DNA of 63,166 bases, filler included, from Rhabdomonas costata (Eukaryota): NCBI GenBank assembly GCA_019059605.1. It is 55 parts of 55 records of this genome, joined end to end, with 100 filler letters (N's around TTAATTAATTAA, not from the genome) between each part and the next. Parts side by side here need not be neighbours in the genome. Positions count along the whole stretch, not along the records: positions 25,303 to 26,352 come from JAHMHO010031371.1; positions 26,453 to 27,502 come from JAHMHO010031372.1; positions 27,603 to 28,652 come from JAHMHO010031373.1; positions 28,753 to 29,802 come from JAHMHO010031374.1; positions 29,903 to 30,952 come from JAHMHO010031375.1; positions 31,053 to 32,102 come from JAHMHO010031376.1; positions 32,203 to 33,252 come from JAHMHO010031377.1; positions 33,353 to 34,402 come from JAHMHO010031378.1; 47 more parts are not named here. One strand, given 5' to 3'. Below, piece after piece: positions 25,724 through 39,130 of the stretch; position 1 is the first letter of the stretch, and each line of letters starts with the position of its first letter. The notes below the pieces were generated by a model. That model was not told the DNA's origin. It did no database searches and was given only the letters and a program-made list of their open reading frames with translations. The position numbers and the translations under genes are program-made.

Positions 25724-26653
25724 GTAAGCAGACTACCGACTGATTCGTGATTTCCTTTCTCGCCGTCGTTTTCTTCACGGGGCCTAGCTGGATTCTCTGC
25801 AGGAACTGTGCTTTGGGATGAACCCACCGTCCGTGTGGGGAGCTGTTGCCCTCCTTTTCGTTCTTAATCATATCTTCTTCTCTAGTCAAGAGTAGGTGCT
25901 GTTCACTTGCTTTGCATCGGTACGTTTTGTCCTCCCTGGACAACGTCTGGCTTTTCACCAAACTTCCTTGCAAAAGGAAATGTCTATCCAGGACTGACGC
26001 CCTGCATTGGGCTGATGCCTCACTCCCATCAACGTTTCATTCGACTCGTTCCCATCCCGCCGTGTTCTTACTTTGTCAGGCAATGCACGCAGTATCAGCC
26101 TTATCTCTCCGAGGTCGTTGCCCGCTTCCGACTGTTTCTTTTTTCTCTGCTTCCAATTAAATTTCCAACGTTTGGCTGTGTGAACAACAAGAGCAGAAGT
26201 TGCCACAACGCCCTCCGTTTCTGTTTCCGTGTGTCCGCACTGACTTACCCTCATCTCTAAACTAGTTCTGTTTGGGTCAAGGGTCATCAAGGGTCCCCTG
26301 GTCCACAATCAAGGATCGTTGGGCAACTTCTGCTCTTGTTGTCCACACACCCNNNNNNNNNNNNNNNNNNNNNNNNNNNNNNNNNNNNNNNNNNNNTTAA
26401 TTAATTAANNNNNNNNNNNNNNNNNNNNNNNNNNNNNNNNNNNNNNNNNNNNGTGTGTGGGGATCTTCGATAATTCGGATCCGAATTATCGAAGATCCCT
26501 GACAGCGAAACGCACAAGACGGACATGGACATGTCATGCCAGATACATATTCAGGCAGGCAAAGACGCCTTAGTGAAGAGAGCATCATCCGGCCTCATGC
26601 ATCCTCAATCAGATTCAGACGAGCAGGGTCGTGTGTGTGTGTGTGTGTGTGCA

Positions 26654-26775
26654 TTGGGCGCATTGCGCGCTGGCTGTTGCCGGGTTGACTGGTTGCTTGG
26701 TTGTTGGTGACCACTGTGGACTGACTGGCGCACGCGAGAGGTGCTGTTGGAGCGAACGGTGCCGTGGGGAACCGG
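26654..26775 (-). mobile_element. Repeat family A, short copy between two (GT)n tracts
   Basis: TTGGGCGCATTGCGCGC...GGTGACCACTGTGGACTGACTGGCGC...GGAACCGG; (GT)n at ~26630-26651 and 26778-26800. Confidence 0.85.
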
Positions 26776-26800
26776 TCGTGTGTGTGTGTGTGTGTGTGTG

Positions 26801-26910
26801 GATCTGGAACAACACCGCCGGCGTGAAATCCAATAGGAGCCGAACGCACGCCGCATTCTCGCGGCTCTTCACATACCTCGGGTTTCCCGAGGCACACACA
26901 TGCATCGTGC
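26801..26910. repeat. Hairpin-rich module D, copy 1
   Basis: Reverse-complement match to 38204-38312; hairpins GCCGC-ATTCTC-GCGGC and CCTCGGG-TTT-CCCGAGG. Confidence 0.8.
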
Positions 26911-27032
26911 ATATGATGTCAACAACACCGCACATGCATGCTCGCCCCGCCTTTGTGCCTTCTTTGCCATGCTGTCATACCAGTCGCATGTGTGTGTGCC
27001 GCCTCTCTCTCTCTCTCCCTGCCTCTCTTAAC

Positions 27033-27151
27033 CTTGCCGGGCACGTTCAGAGTGGCCGCAGCACGTCCAGAGGGCTGCCGAGGGTCCCACAGCTGCACTG
27101 TCTTGTCCCAGGACCCGCTCAGCACCCCGTTGAGCTCCGCCACGGCCTTCA
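27033..27151 (-). CDS. WD40 protein exon, BUB3/RAE1 family
   Basis: VLSGSWDKTVQLWDPRQP...ATLNVPGK with AG/GT borders. Confidence 0.8.
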
Positions 27152-28492
27152 CTGCACCGCATGAAAGGAAGTGAGAAAGAAAGGGGGGTCAGGACAAAAT
27201 CTGGACACAATCTGCAGTGATTGTGAAGATGATGACGCTGTTCCAAGTGAAGGTGATGACGTTCCAAGTGTTAACTATATACTGATTCTGTAATTGATAA
27301 GAACTGCGTCGATGGCGTTGGTGCCAACCGTAACGAGAATGAGGATCGATTGACTGATTGTACGCGCCTGCACACGGAAAGCATGTATTCACGGGAAACC
27401 GCTCGAAGTTGGGTGCTACGCTGCGGCCACGCCATCCAGCAACCAGAAAGAATATGACAGCACTACGACAAAACTACAGCGCAGTAAAAAAACCACAAAA
27501 CCNNNNNNNNNNNNNNNNNNNNNNNNNNNNNNNNNNNNNNNNNNNNTTAATTAATTAANNNNNNNNNNNNNNNNNNNNNNNNNNNNNNNNNNNNNNNNNN
27601 NNGGTTGTTGTGAAACGGCAGTTGTTTTGAGATGGAGCCAAATGGCAAAAGTTCCCCATCCCCCGAACCATCTCAAAACAACTGCCGTTTCGCAACAGCC
27701 GCTGAACTCGGCGTCCGGGAAGCCTTGTGTGTGTATGTGTGTGTCGGCAGTCTCAGATTTGCAGCGAAAGTCGAAAATTGATGAAAGTCATGGAATGGTG
27801 TTCTTTCGCGCCTTCGCATCTTTTTGTGGGGTCGCTTAGTGTCTCTGAGGTTGGCTTTATTTTGAGAGGGTGGGGAGTGGAAAAGAGCACGTAACTTAAC
27901 TTTGCGGAACTGAGCGAGGTGGCTGTGGAGCGAACCCTACACTAGAGGCCGGGGGGTGCTGCTGGACGGAGGCTTATAATGGATGCCCAAGTGCTGATGA
28001 GTCGGAAGGCGCTGATCAAGGAGACCAAGCAGCAAGGCTGCATGCTCAGGCACACTCCTTCTCCGCTCATCACTGTTGTGCTTTTGTGGCTGCAACCAAG
28101 GGGCAGGTAGATTGTTTCTTTTCTGAGTCACTGCTGTCATGTCCCCCGCACTGTCCGGATCGGTCCTTCAGTCACCGCTACCTATTTTGGGAACACCTCT
28201 GCCTCTGCCTGGGGACTTGAATTTTTGGACTCTGAGTCTAGATTCAAGCCACCGCTCTGTCTGGGTACAAGAAGCACATGCAGGAGATGAGGGATTCGTG
28301 CAAGTTTTTCCAGCATTTTGTTGATCAGGTTGTATAACTCTAAAAAAAAGATTGAAGGGTGCTTTGTAACTCTGCATACCACACACCACTGCAGCACTGA
28401 CTGCAGCAGTGCAGAGGTGGGGGGAACCCATGCGAGTTGGTTCTTGCCCGGAGCGAGTGAGCATGCGTGTGTTTGGGTGTGCTTGTACACAG

Positions 28493-28605
28493 CTCTGAGG
28501 CGGTGGATGCGCTCGTGCGGTACGTGCGCTCCAATGGGCTGGACACTTGCTTCCGCCCAGTGGTGCACTCGCTGTGCACGAGAATCAAGGAGGCAGGCCA
28601 CCATG
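28493..28605 (+). CDS. Exon of an unknown protein
   Basis: SEAVDALVRYVRSNGLDTCFRPVVHSLCTRIKEAGHH between CAG| and |GTAGGC. Confidence 0.45.
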
Positions 28606-28759
28606 GTAGGCTTTTGGCACTTCCGCCCCCCCCCCCCCCCCCACCCCCACCCNNNNNNNNNNNNNNNNNNNNNNNNNNNNNNNNNNNNNNNNNNNNTTAA
28701 TTAATTAANNNNNNNNNNNNNNNNNNNNNNNNNNNNNNNNNNNNNNNNNNNNGGGGGTG

Positions 28760-29572
28760 GGTGGTTGGTGTGCTGGGGCGACAGGGAGGCGGCTGGCCAG
28801 TAGCTTGGCAGCCTGGTGAAGGAGGTGGGCCTCAGTGGCTGGAGAGGCCGAGAACAGGCCCTCCGTGCACAGCACGAAGTGAGTGGGGAAGAGCCCGTGA
28901 AACTGCAGCCTGGTCAGCCGCCGGGAGCTCTGTTCACCAATACACACAGCAATCTATTCAGCACTGCACTCACCGCAAGCGAAAATTTCACCTCAATACT
29001 ATCAAATTAAACTCAAAATTATCCGGGGATGGGATGAGGGCAATTGGGCTGACTGACTGACTGACTGATTGATTGATTAAATGGGTGACTGTTTTTGTTT
29101 GCATGGTGTTTGCTACCGCTGTCGGGAGCTATTTGTTCAACGGGAGCCCAGCAGATAACGCCAAAAGCACCGGAAATTCAAACCTTCACAACCCTGAGCC
29201 CAAGCCTTTAACAAGGTTTCGTACAACCACTGCTGAACGCACTGGCTTTTTAACAGTCTTCTCACAGTGAATACGGTTTCCGTTCTTTCGCATTTGCGTG
29301 ATTTGGATTACCTCTTCTCTACAGCACCACAACCCTTCACTCCCACTTCCTCCTATTTCGCACCTCACTGCTGCTGTGGTTGATGAAGGCAGCCATCCCG
29401 TGCATCAGCTTCTGGGCCAGGGCGTGGGGGCGGCAGCACCCCCGGCCGCGGCCCCACACCTCCTCCAGTTCCGTCACCACCCGAAGGGTGAGCCGGCGCG
29501 GCACAAACCGGCTGAGCTCCTTCTGCTGCTGCACCAGCCGGGACCGCGGGCACACCATCGCAACGGTGAGGT
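28760..29572 (-). CDS. Unknown protein; exons 29572-29364 and 28929-contig start
   Basis: Two GC3-rich open frames joined by a phase-0 GT-AG intron. Confidence 0.5.
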
Positions 29573-30183
29573 CTGTATAGCAAACGCACAAACCATAAAT
29601 GAAATCAACCAGGTTCATCGAAGATCAGCGATGTCCCGTGACTTAATACTATGGCGAGGTGCAGTATGGTGGTGGAGGGAAAACCTATCTCAGTGACCCT
29701 TTCCCCCATCCCCTATCTTCCCCTCTTACCACACTCGTCTGATCGGACCGCCCTATTCAAACCTTCACAACCCTGAGCCCAAGCCTTTAACAAGGTTTCG
29801 TANNNNNNNNNNNNNNNNNNNNNNNNNNNNNNNNNNNNNNNNNNNNTTAATTAATTAANNNNNNNNNNNNNNNNNNNNNNNNNNNNNNNNNNNNNNNNNN
29901 NNTGTTGTTGGTGACCCCCGGCCATCCTCGAAGTCACTTGAAACACGCGACACGAGGATGGCCGGGGGTCACTTACAACGAAAAAATAAGCAAAAGGAAG
30001 ACGAGTGGAGAAAAACCATGGGGTTTTTATCATAATATGTTCTTCGCGGAAAACCTTCTATTTGGCATCACCGGAAATCATGTACAACTGTAAGCGCAAC
30101 CTCGCAAGCGTTCAGGACTGTGAGATTGCGGCAGCATTGGCACACAATTACACTAGAGATCGGAAAGTATCTGTGTGTGTTCC

Positions 30184-30521
30184 TGCCTGATTGACTGTTG
30201 GTGACCACTGTGGACTGACTGGCGCTCGCGCTGTAGGCCACGGGAGCTCGCAATGCAATGGCACCGTTGGAGCGAATGACGATGTGGGGTACCGGTTCGC
30301 CGCCGAATGTTCCATGTATGGTAACCTCCCCACGGGTTCCGGGCCTTTGTCGCGCAGCTGCTCCTTTCCAGCGGCTACCTGCATTGCTCCATTGCCGCTC
30401 CGGTCTCTACGACTTCACACTCCTTCCTTGGGGGACTGGGGCATTTTTCTCATGGGAACGACCCTTGGAGCTTTTCTTTCGGACAGGTGAACCAGCGCCG
30501 GTATCTACAGACGTTGCCGTG
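30184..30521 (-). mobile_element. Repeat family A, ~340-nt copy
   Basis: Colinear with 56414-56651 and with the reverse complement of 55980-56230; GT repeats on both sides. Confidence 0.85.
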
Positions 30522-33500
30522 TGTGTGCGTGTGTGTGTGTGTGTTTTGCTGCACGTTATGGTTTGCAGGATCATGTGTTGCCCGCATGAACATCTCTTCT
30601 CGCTTTTCATCATCAAGTGCGACGAATAGTCCCTGAGTTCCCTTTCCCTGTGATATTCGTCAGCTCTCCCCCCATCCTACCCACCTAGCGCCTCGCAGTG
30701 CCCCATTTTTTCTTGCTCACATTATATCTTAGAATTTCTGCTTTTGCTGTAAACTAGTGCCGTTTCCCTTCCATGCAAGCAGTGAATAAAAGACTGAAGT
30801 CGAGCGTGTCCAACGCAGAAAGATCCTGTGATAAATTGCATGGAAAAATACTTTCTTAGGGGCTGGTTTTCAGAACACGACATGCATTCGCGCAGTCAAG
30901 GCAGGGTCTCATACAGAACGAATATGAATATTTAAAAAGTCCACCCCCCGACNNNNNNNNNNNNNNNNNNNNNNNNNNNNNNNNNNNNNNNNNNNNTTAA
31001 TTAATTAANNNNNNNNNNNNNNNNNNNNNNNNNNNNNNNNNNNNNNNNNNNNGTGTGGTGTGGCATCGTTGGGTGCGTCTGCGGCTTGGGTGGACATGGT
31101 CAGTTGGTGGAGGTGCTGGGGTCGGCTTGAAGGTGTGGTTGTATCCGGTGGTGAGTGCGTATTGGTCTTCGGTGCTTGGGTTGTCGGGGCTGGCTATATC
31201 TCTATGCTTTGGGCGTGGTGTAATTGGTGTGACGGTGGACTCTCCGGGCTGTGGTGCTGGTGATGGCTTAGGTGGTGCTGTGGTGTTGATGGACTTTCAG
31301 GTTTCGGTCTTCACATCCCACCTGCTCTCTCCGTAGTTCCCATTGCTGACCTTGCGTTCGATTCAACTTTTGCTGGCCTTCCATAGTTCTTTCAGGTGTT
31401 GATGTCAGCGCTGATCTGCATTCGTCCGGGCTAGGGTGCATCAATGATCTGCCACGTGAGCAAGGCGGCGTGATGCCGTGGGCTTCATCTGATGCCGATC
31501 TTCGCGGTGCAGCGGGCCCGGGCCCGCGGTTGGCTCCCTTGGTATGGTATGTCTCCCTCAATGAGCGGTTCTTCTACATGGCTTGCACCTGGTTCTTTGG
31601 CGGCTGACGGGTGAGGTGATCGCGGGTGTTGCGGTACAATGCAATTAACTCAGTAGCCATACTCTCGCGGTAGTGAGGTTATGTCTCTGCGCTCAGCGAT
31701 CTGACTAAGTCTAATAAAACAAAATTTCCACCTATTTGTGCTCAACCCACGTATTGGCCTTTTTTGCAGGGTCCTCTTAGATCTGACGCTTGCCTTGCCT
31801 GCCGTACCACCACCAACGAAATTCCCATGGCACTGCTACTCACACCAATCGTATTCCCAAGCAGTGTGGAACTTTCGCCCGTCATAGAGTCATAACCAAG
31901 AACCAAGAAAGCCTTTTGGTACATTTTAACGGGGACACCCTATAGAGCAACTTGCTCGGGTTTGCGTTCAACAGCGTTGACCTGCATGACCCACCAGGAG
32001 ATATATACGTCGCCGTAACCCCTGCGAATCATTGCTTGAATCATTGACCGCTGTAACACAGGAACCATTGGTTCTCAGATACCACCCCTTCCCCACACAC
32101 ACNNNNNNNNNNNNNNNNNNNNNNNNNNNNNNNNNNNNNNNNNNNNTTAATTAATTAANNNNNNNNNNNNNNNNNNNNNNNNNNNNNNNNNNNNNNNNNN
32201 NNGGGGGGTGGTGATTATGCCCGGAGACCCTCCTTCATTATAGAAAACAGGAAATCCTCTGAAGGTGTAGGGAGCAGTGATGGTCGTGCAAAAAAAAAGA
32301 GCCACCGTGAAGGTTTCTCCATTCATGCAGTGAGCGATGAGGGTGTAGGGTTGCGTCCGATCCCCGGGCCAATGGGCGGCCTATGGAATGAACAGGACAA
32401 ACTGGATTCAAAATGAGTTGCAAAGAAGGGATCCATTCGCAACGAAAGGACAAAGATGATAGATTTATCCAACCCGTGGGTTGGGTGAACTGCGGCACTG
32501 CAACAGAAGCCCTACACAATATCCAGGTTGGGGATTGGGGACTAGCCTTTGTTTAGGGCTTAGGCTGAAGTGTGGAAACAGTAAAGTTCAGGTGGCGGAG
32601 GACAGCGCTGGTGGCGGAGCGGGCGGCTGATGCAGGATGCGTGGCCTTGGATCCAGAATAAGGTTATAATCAGATGATCCATTAGGAAGAGAGGAAAACT
32701 GTGCTGCTAGTCACCCTCCCAAACGCATTATTAGGAGGGCGCTTTTGCTGCTTGCCGGCAAGAGTCTCGGGGAGGGCGACAGGGATGCATTGGTGCGCAC
32801 AATTTTGTGAAGGCTTGTCCAGTGGCCCAATTAAAAGCCCATTCAAAACTTATTCAGCAACTTCTAATGTAAACTACTTTCAATGTTTTTGCCCACACTT
32901 GCTCGCCTTTTTCCAACGTGCACATACATACGTGGGAAAACACGAGAGCAGCCGTAAAAAGAAGTTACATTTCCGCTGGAGACTAAGAACAGGCAGAATC
33001 TGCAACCGTATAGCCGAAGTATTTTATGGGCTAAAAAAGTATAAAAATCACTTACTGTGGGTTGTAGTGGGGAAGCGCCAAAATTAAGCTCGCGTCCACA
33101 GCAAAAGCAAGAGCGACTGCAAAAGCCACAGCAGCCTGCTGCTGTTGTGCACATGGCAGAGTGACATTAATCGCCCCCCCTCCAAACTCAATCGAAAAGC
33201 GCATAGGAAAATAAGAGAGGCGAAAAAGAGGACAGGAGCTCACAACACCCACNNNNNNNNNNNNNNNNNNNNNNNNNNNNNNNNNNNNNNNNNNNNTTAA
33301 TTAATTAANNNNNNNNNNNNNNNNNNNNNNNNNNNNNNNNNNNNNNNNNNNNGTACCGCGAAAGTTAGCTCCGCGACAAAATGACCGGAGATCCTGGAAG
33401 AGAAAGGAAAGAGATCGACTCAGGCTGTGGGGGGGCATGCTGCACAAAGCGAAACACGCCGATAGACATAGGACGGGCGGGAGTGATGTCTTGCACGGGA

Positions 33501-33983
33501 TGCTATCCAAGATTTGTGTCACATGTACGGGGGGAGGGGGGCCGGTTGCGCACCGCAAGAAACCCTTACCTTAAAACCTTATGTCGGCTTTCCCGAAGGG
33601 TGCGTCCAGGTGTGTATCCCGTCGAAGCGCGTGGCGTAGACCACCTCCCTGTTTGTCGGAGTTGCAGTGACTAGTGCCAGTCGTCTCGCTCCTCAGCGAG
33701 TTCCATTCCGATCGAGGGCGTGAAGGAAGAATATTCTTGCCGACAGTACATCCACTGCTCGCTTCGCGCTGCTCGCCACCTCTGTCAACGTGTATGCGGC
33801 CATGACACGCGCGCATACAAAGCGAGAAGTAACAATCCGTGGAGCCGAGGCCGGATCGAAAACACATCCTTTCTAACGTCCAGTGTCCTGGCGGATGGCG
33901 TTGCTTCGTTTCACTCGCGGTTCCCTGCCTCCTGCCATCTTCCGAGGAGCGTTGGTCGGACGCCCCAATACCCCGCGCCTCAC

Positions 33984-34142
33984 CTTTGACTTCCCCCAGG
34001 GCCTGCTTGAAAGCCTGGCCCAGCACAATCCCGCAGTCCTCCGTGGTATGGTGGTCGTCGACGTGGAGGTCCCCCTTGCAGGTCAGCACAAGGTTCATCC
34101 GCGAGTGCTTCGCCAGCGCGGCGATCATGTGGTCCAGAAATC
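33984..34142 (-). CDS. HIS3: Imidazoleglycerol-phosphate dehydratase exon
   Basis: [14 protein letters not shown]...[31 protein letters not shown]| and |GTGAGG borders. Confidence 0.95.
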
Positions 34143-34514
34143 CTGCAAATAGGGTGGGCGGAAGGGTGCGATGAGGAATGTGTACCTGCAGAGAGCTGCA
34201 GCTTTACATCAAATCAGAAAGCCCCAAAAGAGAATATTTGTGTTCGTGTGTTATGGAGTGGGCACCGCTTTCTGGCGGGCGCGAGTGAGTCCGAGGTGCT
34301 GCCCTGTGGGCAGCCTTGACAAAGCTTTTCCCTCAAGGACTAGGACCACACTAAATCCATCCAAGATACGGAACCTGAAGCCAACCATCACCACACAAAA
34401 CANNNNNNNNNNNNNNNNNNNNNNNNNNNNNNNNNNNNNNNNNNNNTTAATTAATTAANNNNNNNNNNNNNNNNNNNNNNNNNNNNNNNNNNNNNNNNNN
34501 NNTGTGTTGGGTGT

Positions 34515-34516
<2 letters not shown>

Positions 34517-34601
<85 letters not shown>
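34517..34601 (+). repeat. (GT)n microsatellite
   Basis: Seen directly. Confidence 0.95.
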
Positions 34602-34602
<1 letters not shown>

Positions 34603-37600
34603 AAGAACGACGGGCTAGTTTGTACGACGGGGCTGCGGCAGCAAATCGCCGTCGTTGTGCGGAAAATTGCCGTTGGCAAGGCACGGCCTGCGTTTGTTCT
34701 CGGTTCTTTTCAGAAGTTAAAAACGCCTACGAAACGCAAACGCTTCTAGCTTGGGTGCCAAGACGTGGCTTCCGGAAGGGCCGGCCGTGAAATTTGTTTC
34801 CGCACCTAAAACTTTAATGACTTTTTTGGCTTGGGCGACATAAAAAAAGGGAAGGAATGGCTTTTTGGTGCCATAAAAAGGCGTTTGGTGCAGCGCAAGT
34901 TGGTGCCTGGTCGCCCGATTCAGGATGGTTGGACGTGGGGTTCAGTCCGAGTGGAGAGGTTCAGGGCGGTGGTGAAGTGTGTGGCGTTCCCGAACCGCGC
35001 TGGTTCCATTTGGCACACCGGTTCGGGGCATTGGGGTGACCATTGGATAACGCTCCAAATTACGTACGGAACGTTGGAAGAAGCGCCCGGCACAACATTT
35101 TTATCATTATTAATATCATTTGAAATATTACCTGATTTCCTGTACCACCGGAAGTATAATTATGACTGCGCTTCCTGGATTTTTGGTCCTTTTACAAATC
35201 GAAATTAACAAGACGAACAGCAATGTACAGAATTGTTTTCCGGAGAAAGGTTGATGGCAAAGTGAACCCCACTCATTGCGGACCCACAATGGCACGGGTG
35301 GCAAAAATACAAGCGCAGCTGACATGGCTATGCAGCCACTGAAGTCTGCGGCGGTGGCGGAGCTGCGCTGATACAGCACGGCTTCAGTCATATCACAAGA
35401 ATCTAGGCTCATACGGGCATTCTGCCAGATCTAATCACTCTATCTAACATCTGAGAGCACAACGATGACACCACGTCACCAAGCCACAAAAAAGTTTCAG
35501 CCTTCAATTTCCTTGTATAAAACAAAGAATTGCGCAGCTGCAGTCTTTCACGGCGGATTTTCAGAAACATGGCACAAAAACANNNNNNNNNNNNNNNNNN
35601 NNNNNNNNNNNNNNNNNNNNNNNNNNTTAATTAATTAANNNNNNNNNNNNNNNNNNNNNNNNNNNNNNNNNNNNNNNNNNNNGGGGGTTTTTGAAAGAAA
35701 GAGCTCTGCAGCCTGTTTTCGGGCAAAAAAAGCAGGGCCAGGCCCACAGTGTCCCTGGCGGATGCGGACGAATGCAAAACAAATGGGATGCGGATTCTCT
35801 TGGAGGCACGTCAAGGCCCCACCAGGTGGCAAGCAGCGGTAACAGCACTCCGCAGGATTTTCTATCGAATAAAAACCGGGAAGTGTGAGCTTCTTCTCTT
35901 CTCCCTTCTTGAGGTATACGAAGAAAGACAGGAGTTAGTTGTTCCAAAGGCAACATTGGGGCCTTGACCTGAACGAAAATTCGGGAGAAGGGTCAATCCC
36001 AATGAAAGCTGCCCGCGCTCACATTTGGGAGCACATTGGGAAGGATGAAGGAGGAATCATCATTTCCGGTGTGCCCGTCGAGCTGGACCACAACAGAACT
36101 TCCGCTTGCCACTGAAGCGTCAGAAAATACATACTAGCTCCCCCAACCATGCGGAAACCTGCAGAATTTCCTTTCCCCAAGTACGAGCACAAAGAGAGAT
36201 TTTTGAAGCCCATACCGTTTATAACTCAAACTTGATTTCATGGTTGGAGGAAAGACAAATGAAGCACTCAACCCAACTCTCCAAAAGGGGGGGTCCACAA
36301 GAGGTAATGTGTGCGGTGCTTCCTAAGGAAAGAGAACATTACATGTGCTTGAGGTGCCCCAAAGGTGATCACCCCAATGGCACATCTGTGTGTCTGTATG
36401 ATTGCGTCGGAGAAAAAATTGTGTTTTTTTTTGGGGGGGGGGAAGTATAATATTATGAAAAACGGAATCCTTGAAAAAGGCAAACACCTTTCGAAGGGCA
36501 CGAGAGCGGCATAAGCCGAAATTACAACGATGGAAGCGAGGGAAGAACTGGTTGGCACCCATATATCCTCAAATGGCTCCGGGAGGCCCTTAGCTTTTAC
36601 TTCCCGGAGGGCTTGCGTGAGGAGGAGGCGTATTTGGAGGTCCGCTTACACGCGTACAGCGCCGCGAGGGCGCCCACATACGCCATAAAGGCTGCGAACC
36701 CCACATTGCCACTCACTTTCGCCCAACAACCANNNNNNNNNNNNNNNNNNNNNNNNNNNNNNNNNNNNNNNNNNNNTTAATTAATTAANNNNNNNNNNNN
36801 NNNNNNNNNNNNNNNNNNNNNNNNNNNNNNNNCGGCATTGGTGGGGGTCGCTGAAGCGAAAGCGTTTCCCTGCTCTTCTGCGCTGTTTCCTCAGCGACAG
36901 ACACGTGCCCTACTCCTACTCTGCGGTCACCCAGCACTTGGGATTCCTTGGCACTGGGGCGAGTCTGTGGCAGAAGCAGAAGCTCCAGCTGAAGCCGGGG
37001 CACCCATCGCGGGTGCGTCGTCAGCTCCGCTGCGCGGGGGTGGAGCCTCTCCACGAGAAGCTGAGCGAACCGCGGGGAGGCAGCTGCCGTTGCTCCGGAG
37101 CGGTTCCCTGAAACGCAGAGAAGCCCACACAGCAAGTTAAAATAGCCGCGGCCCTGGCCCTGTAGACGTGCATCCTCACCCCCATCAACAAGTACAACCT
37201 GCCGGCATGCACGGCGGCGCCTGCAGCAGCTGCAGGAGGAGGTTGAGCAGTTGAAAGGCAGCCCATGGGGAGAGCGGAGGGTCCTCCGCTGACCTTGACG
37301 CCACCCTGCATGCAGCAACCTCCGAGCGAGCCTCCTGATAATGTGAGGAAGTGACGGGGAAGAACCTAGGCTGAAAATCATATATATTGATTCGCACACA
37401 CATTATCACACCTCGTCGATGGTTGGCACCGGGCAGTCAAGCGAGCATTCCCAGTACTCCACCACCTTCAAGGCGAGAATCTGAAATGCAATAATGCTAA
37501 GACGAAAACCAAAAAGATACCCCACCCACAGCCACACCAGTGGGTACATCAGCGTGTGATGTTGTGCTTTGATCTCGCTGTCTTTGCGAGATGCTCGAGA

Positions 37601-37987
37601 AGCGGAACTTATAAATTACGAGGAAGAGAAAGCAATGGTGTAAGATGAGAAGACGAGCCTCCTCGTTCACTGAATTCGCGACCTTACACAAAATAAAGGA
37701 AACCACCAGCGGTTGGTGCTTTGTCCCCAAATCCAAGAGCGCAACGACAGAGGACAGAAGAAGGCAAAACCCAACCCGTGCTATCTTCAAAGCCCCTGGG
37801 AAAGGGATGCTGTCAGAATACAGAGAGTGAGCCATCCGCTGAAGGACTCCAAAGGACTCTGACTCCTCTCCCCAACACCCCCNNNNNNNNNNNNNNNNNN
37901 NNNNNNNNNNNNNNNNNNNNNNNNNNTTAATTAATTAANNNNNNNNNNNNNNNNNNNNNNNNNNNNNNNNNNNNNNNNNNNNGTGGT

Positions 37988-38204
37988 GTTGGCTACGGGT
38001 GCTCGCGAGAGGTACCGTTGGAGCAAAATGACGCCGTGGGGTATGCTCCTCGGTGTCTCGAAATTGGTATACATTGTATTTCCAACCATCAAGAGAAGAA
38101 ATTTCAGCTTCATGCTCACCACCGAACGTTCCACATAAGGTAACCTCCCTTCTGCCTGCTTCTCTTTTCCAGCGGTTACCAGCATTGCTCCATTGCTGCT
38201 CAGG
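37988..38204 (-). mobile_element. Repeat family A, diverged copy with an internal ~69-nt insertion
   Basis: GGCTACGGGTGCTCGCGAGAGG...CCGAACGTTCCACAT...CATTGCTCCATTGCTGCTCAGG matches the other copies. Confidence 0.8.
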
Positions 38205-38312
38205 TACGATGCATGTGTTTACGTCAGGATACCCGAGGCACGTGAAGAGCCGCGAAAATGCGGCGTTCGTTCGTCTTCACACGGATTTCAGGCCCGGTGG
38301 TGTTCCAGGTCT
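38204..38312. repeat. Hairpin-rich module D, copy 2, fused to family A
   Basis: Reverse complement of 26801-26910. Confidence 0.8.
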
Positions 38313-39130
38313 GTAGCAAACCTGGAACGCTACCACCCCCATGCTCGCGCACAAAAGGACACTGTGTGCTAATCCCGAGCGAGCCGCACACAAGACGTTC
38401 TCCTGGCTCAGGGAGGAGAGGGAAGGGCTACGCTGGGGGGGGGGATACACACACGCTTTATAAGGGGGTTCATGCAAAGCTCTCAGGTGCTTCGCATGAA
38501 AGGAATTGTGTCAGCGAAGCCAAGCCATGGCCCCAGCCGTGACGACTGAGCTGGTGGGGGGTGCACGGCAGCCCAGTGGAACTGGTATTGCATTCCAAAC
38601 TACCACACAGCCAACATCCATACGCTGCGACGCCTTCACACGGATGAAACTTTGACGGGTCTTTGTTTTCACGGCCAAAGCAGGATTATGGCTCGCCGAA
38701 AAATGCACTTCAAGAACTGGTGCGGCTCCCATCACATGGCGCGCTGTGAGAGTTTGTACAAAGCGCTCAGAAGGGCATGACGCACGATGCCGCCGACATC
38801 GCGCGTCGTCCGCGTGAACATGGCCTTCTCTGATACCTGAAATGGATGTCCGCGCTCGGGGCCCTGGTCGCCTCGGACAGCCGCACCATGTGGAGGTCGT
38901 CTTCGAGAGGAGACCCGCAGCATGGGCAGCGTGGAGGAGGCTGACGCCGGGTACGGGCGTAGCGATCGGGCTGCGCCGCCCTTCCACCCGCGTGGGTGAC
39001 TGCTCACCTTCCGCAACACCCACNNNNNNNNNNNNNNNNNNNNNNNNNNNNNNNNNNNNNNNNNNNNTTAATTAATTAANNNNNNNNNNNNNNNNNNNNN
39101 NNNNNNNNNNNNNNNNNNNNNNNGTGGTGT

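Noticed and set aside
29176..29802. 48-nt direct repeat (29176-29223 and 29755-29802)
   Set aside because: The second copy is the contig end; probably an assembly or chimera break
31053..32100. P/T-rich frame and a GHAG motif on the minus strand suggesting a retroelement
   Set aside because: Too degraded; no diagnostic RT or integrase motif
34451..34790. HT/VC dipeptide ORFs
   Set aside because: Translations of the (GT)n microsatellite
36895..37340. GC-rich coiled-coil-like fragments spread over several frames
   Set aside because: No single consistent frame or recognisable domain; at best an unassignable pseudogene
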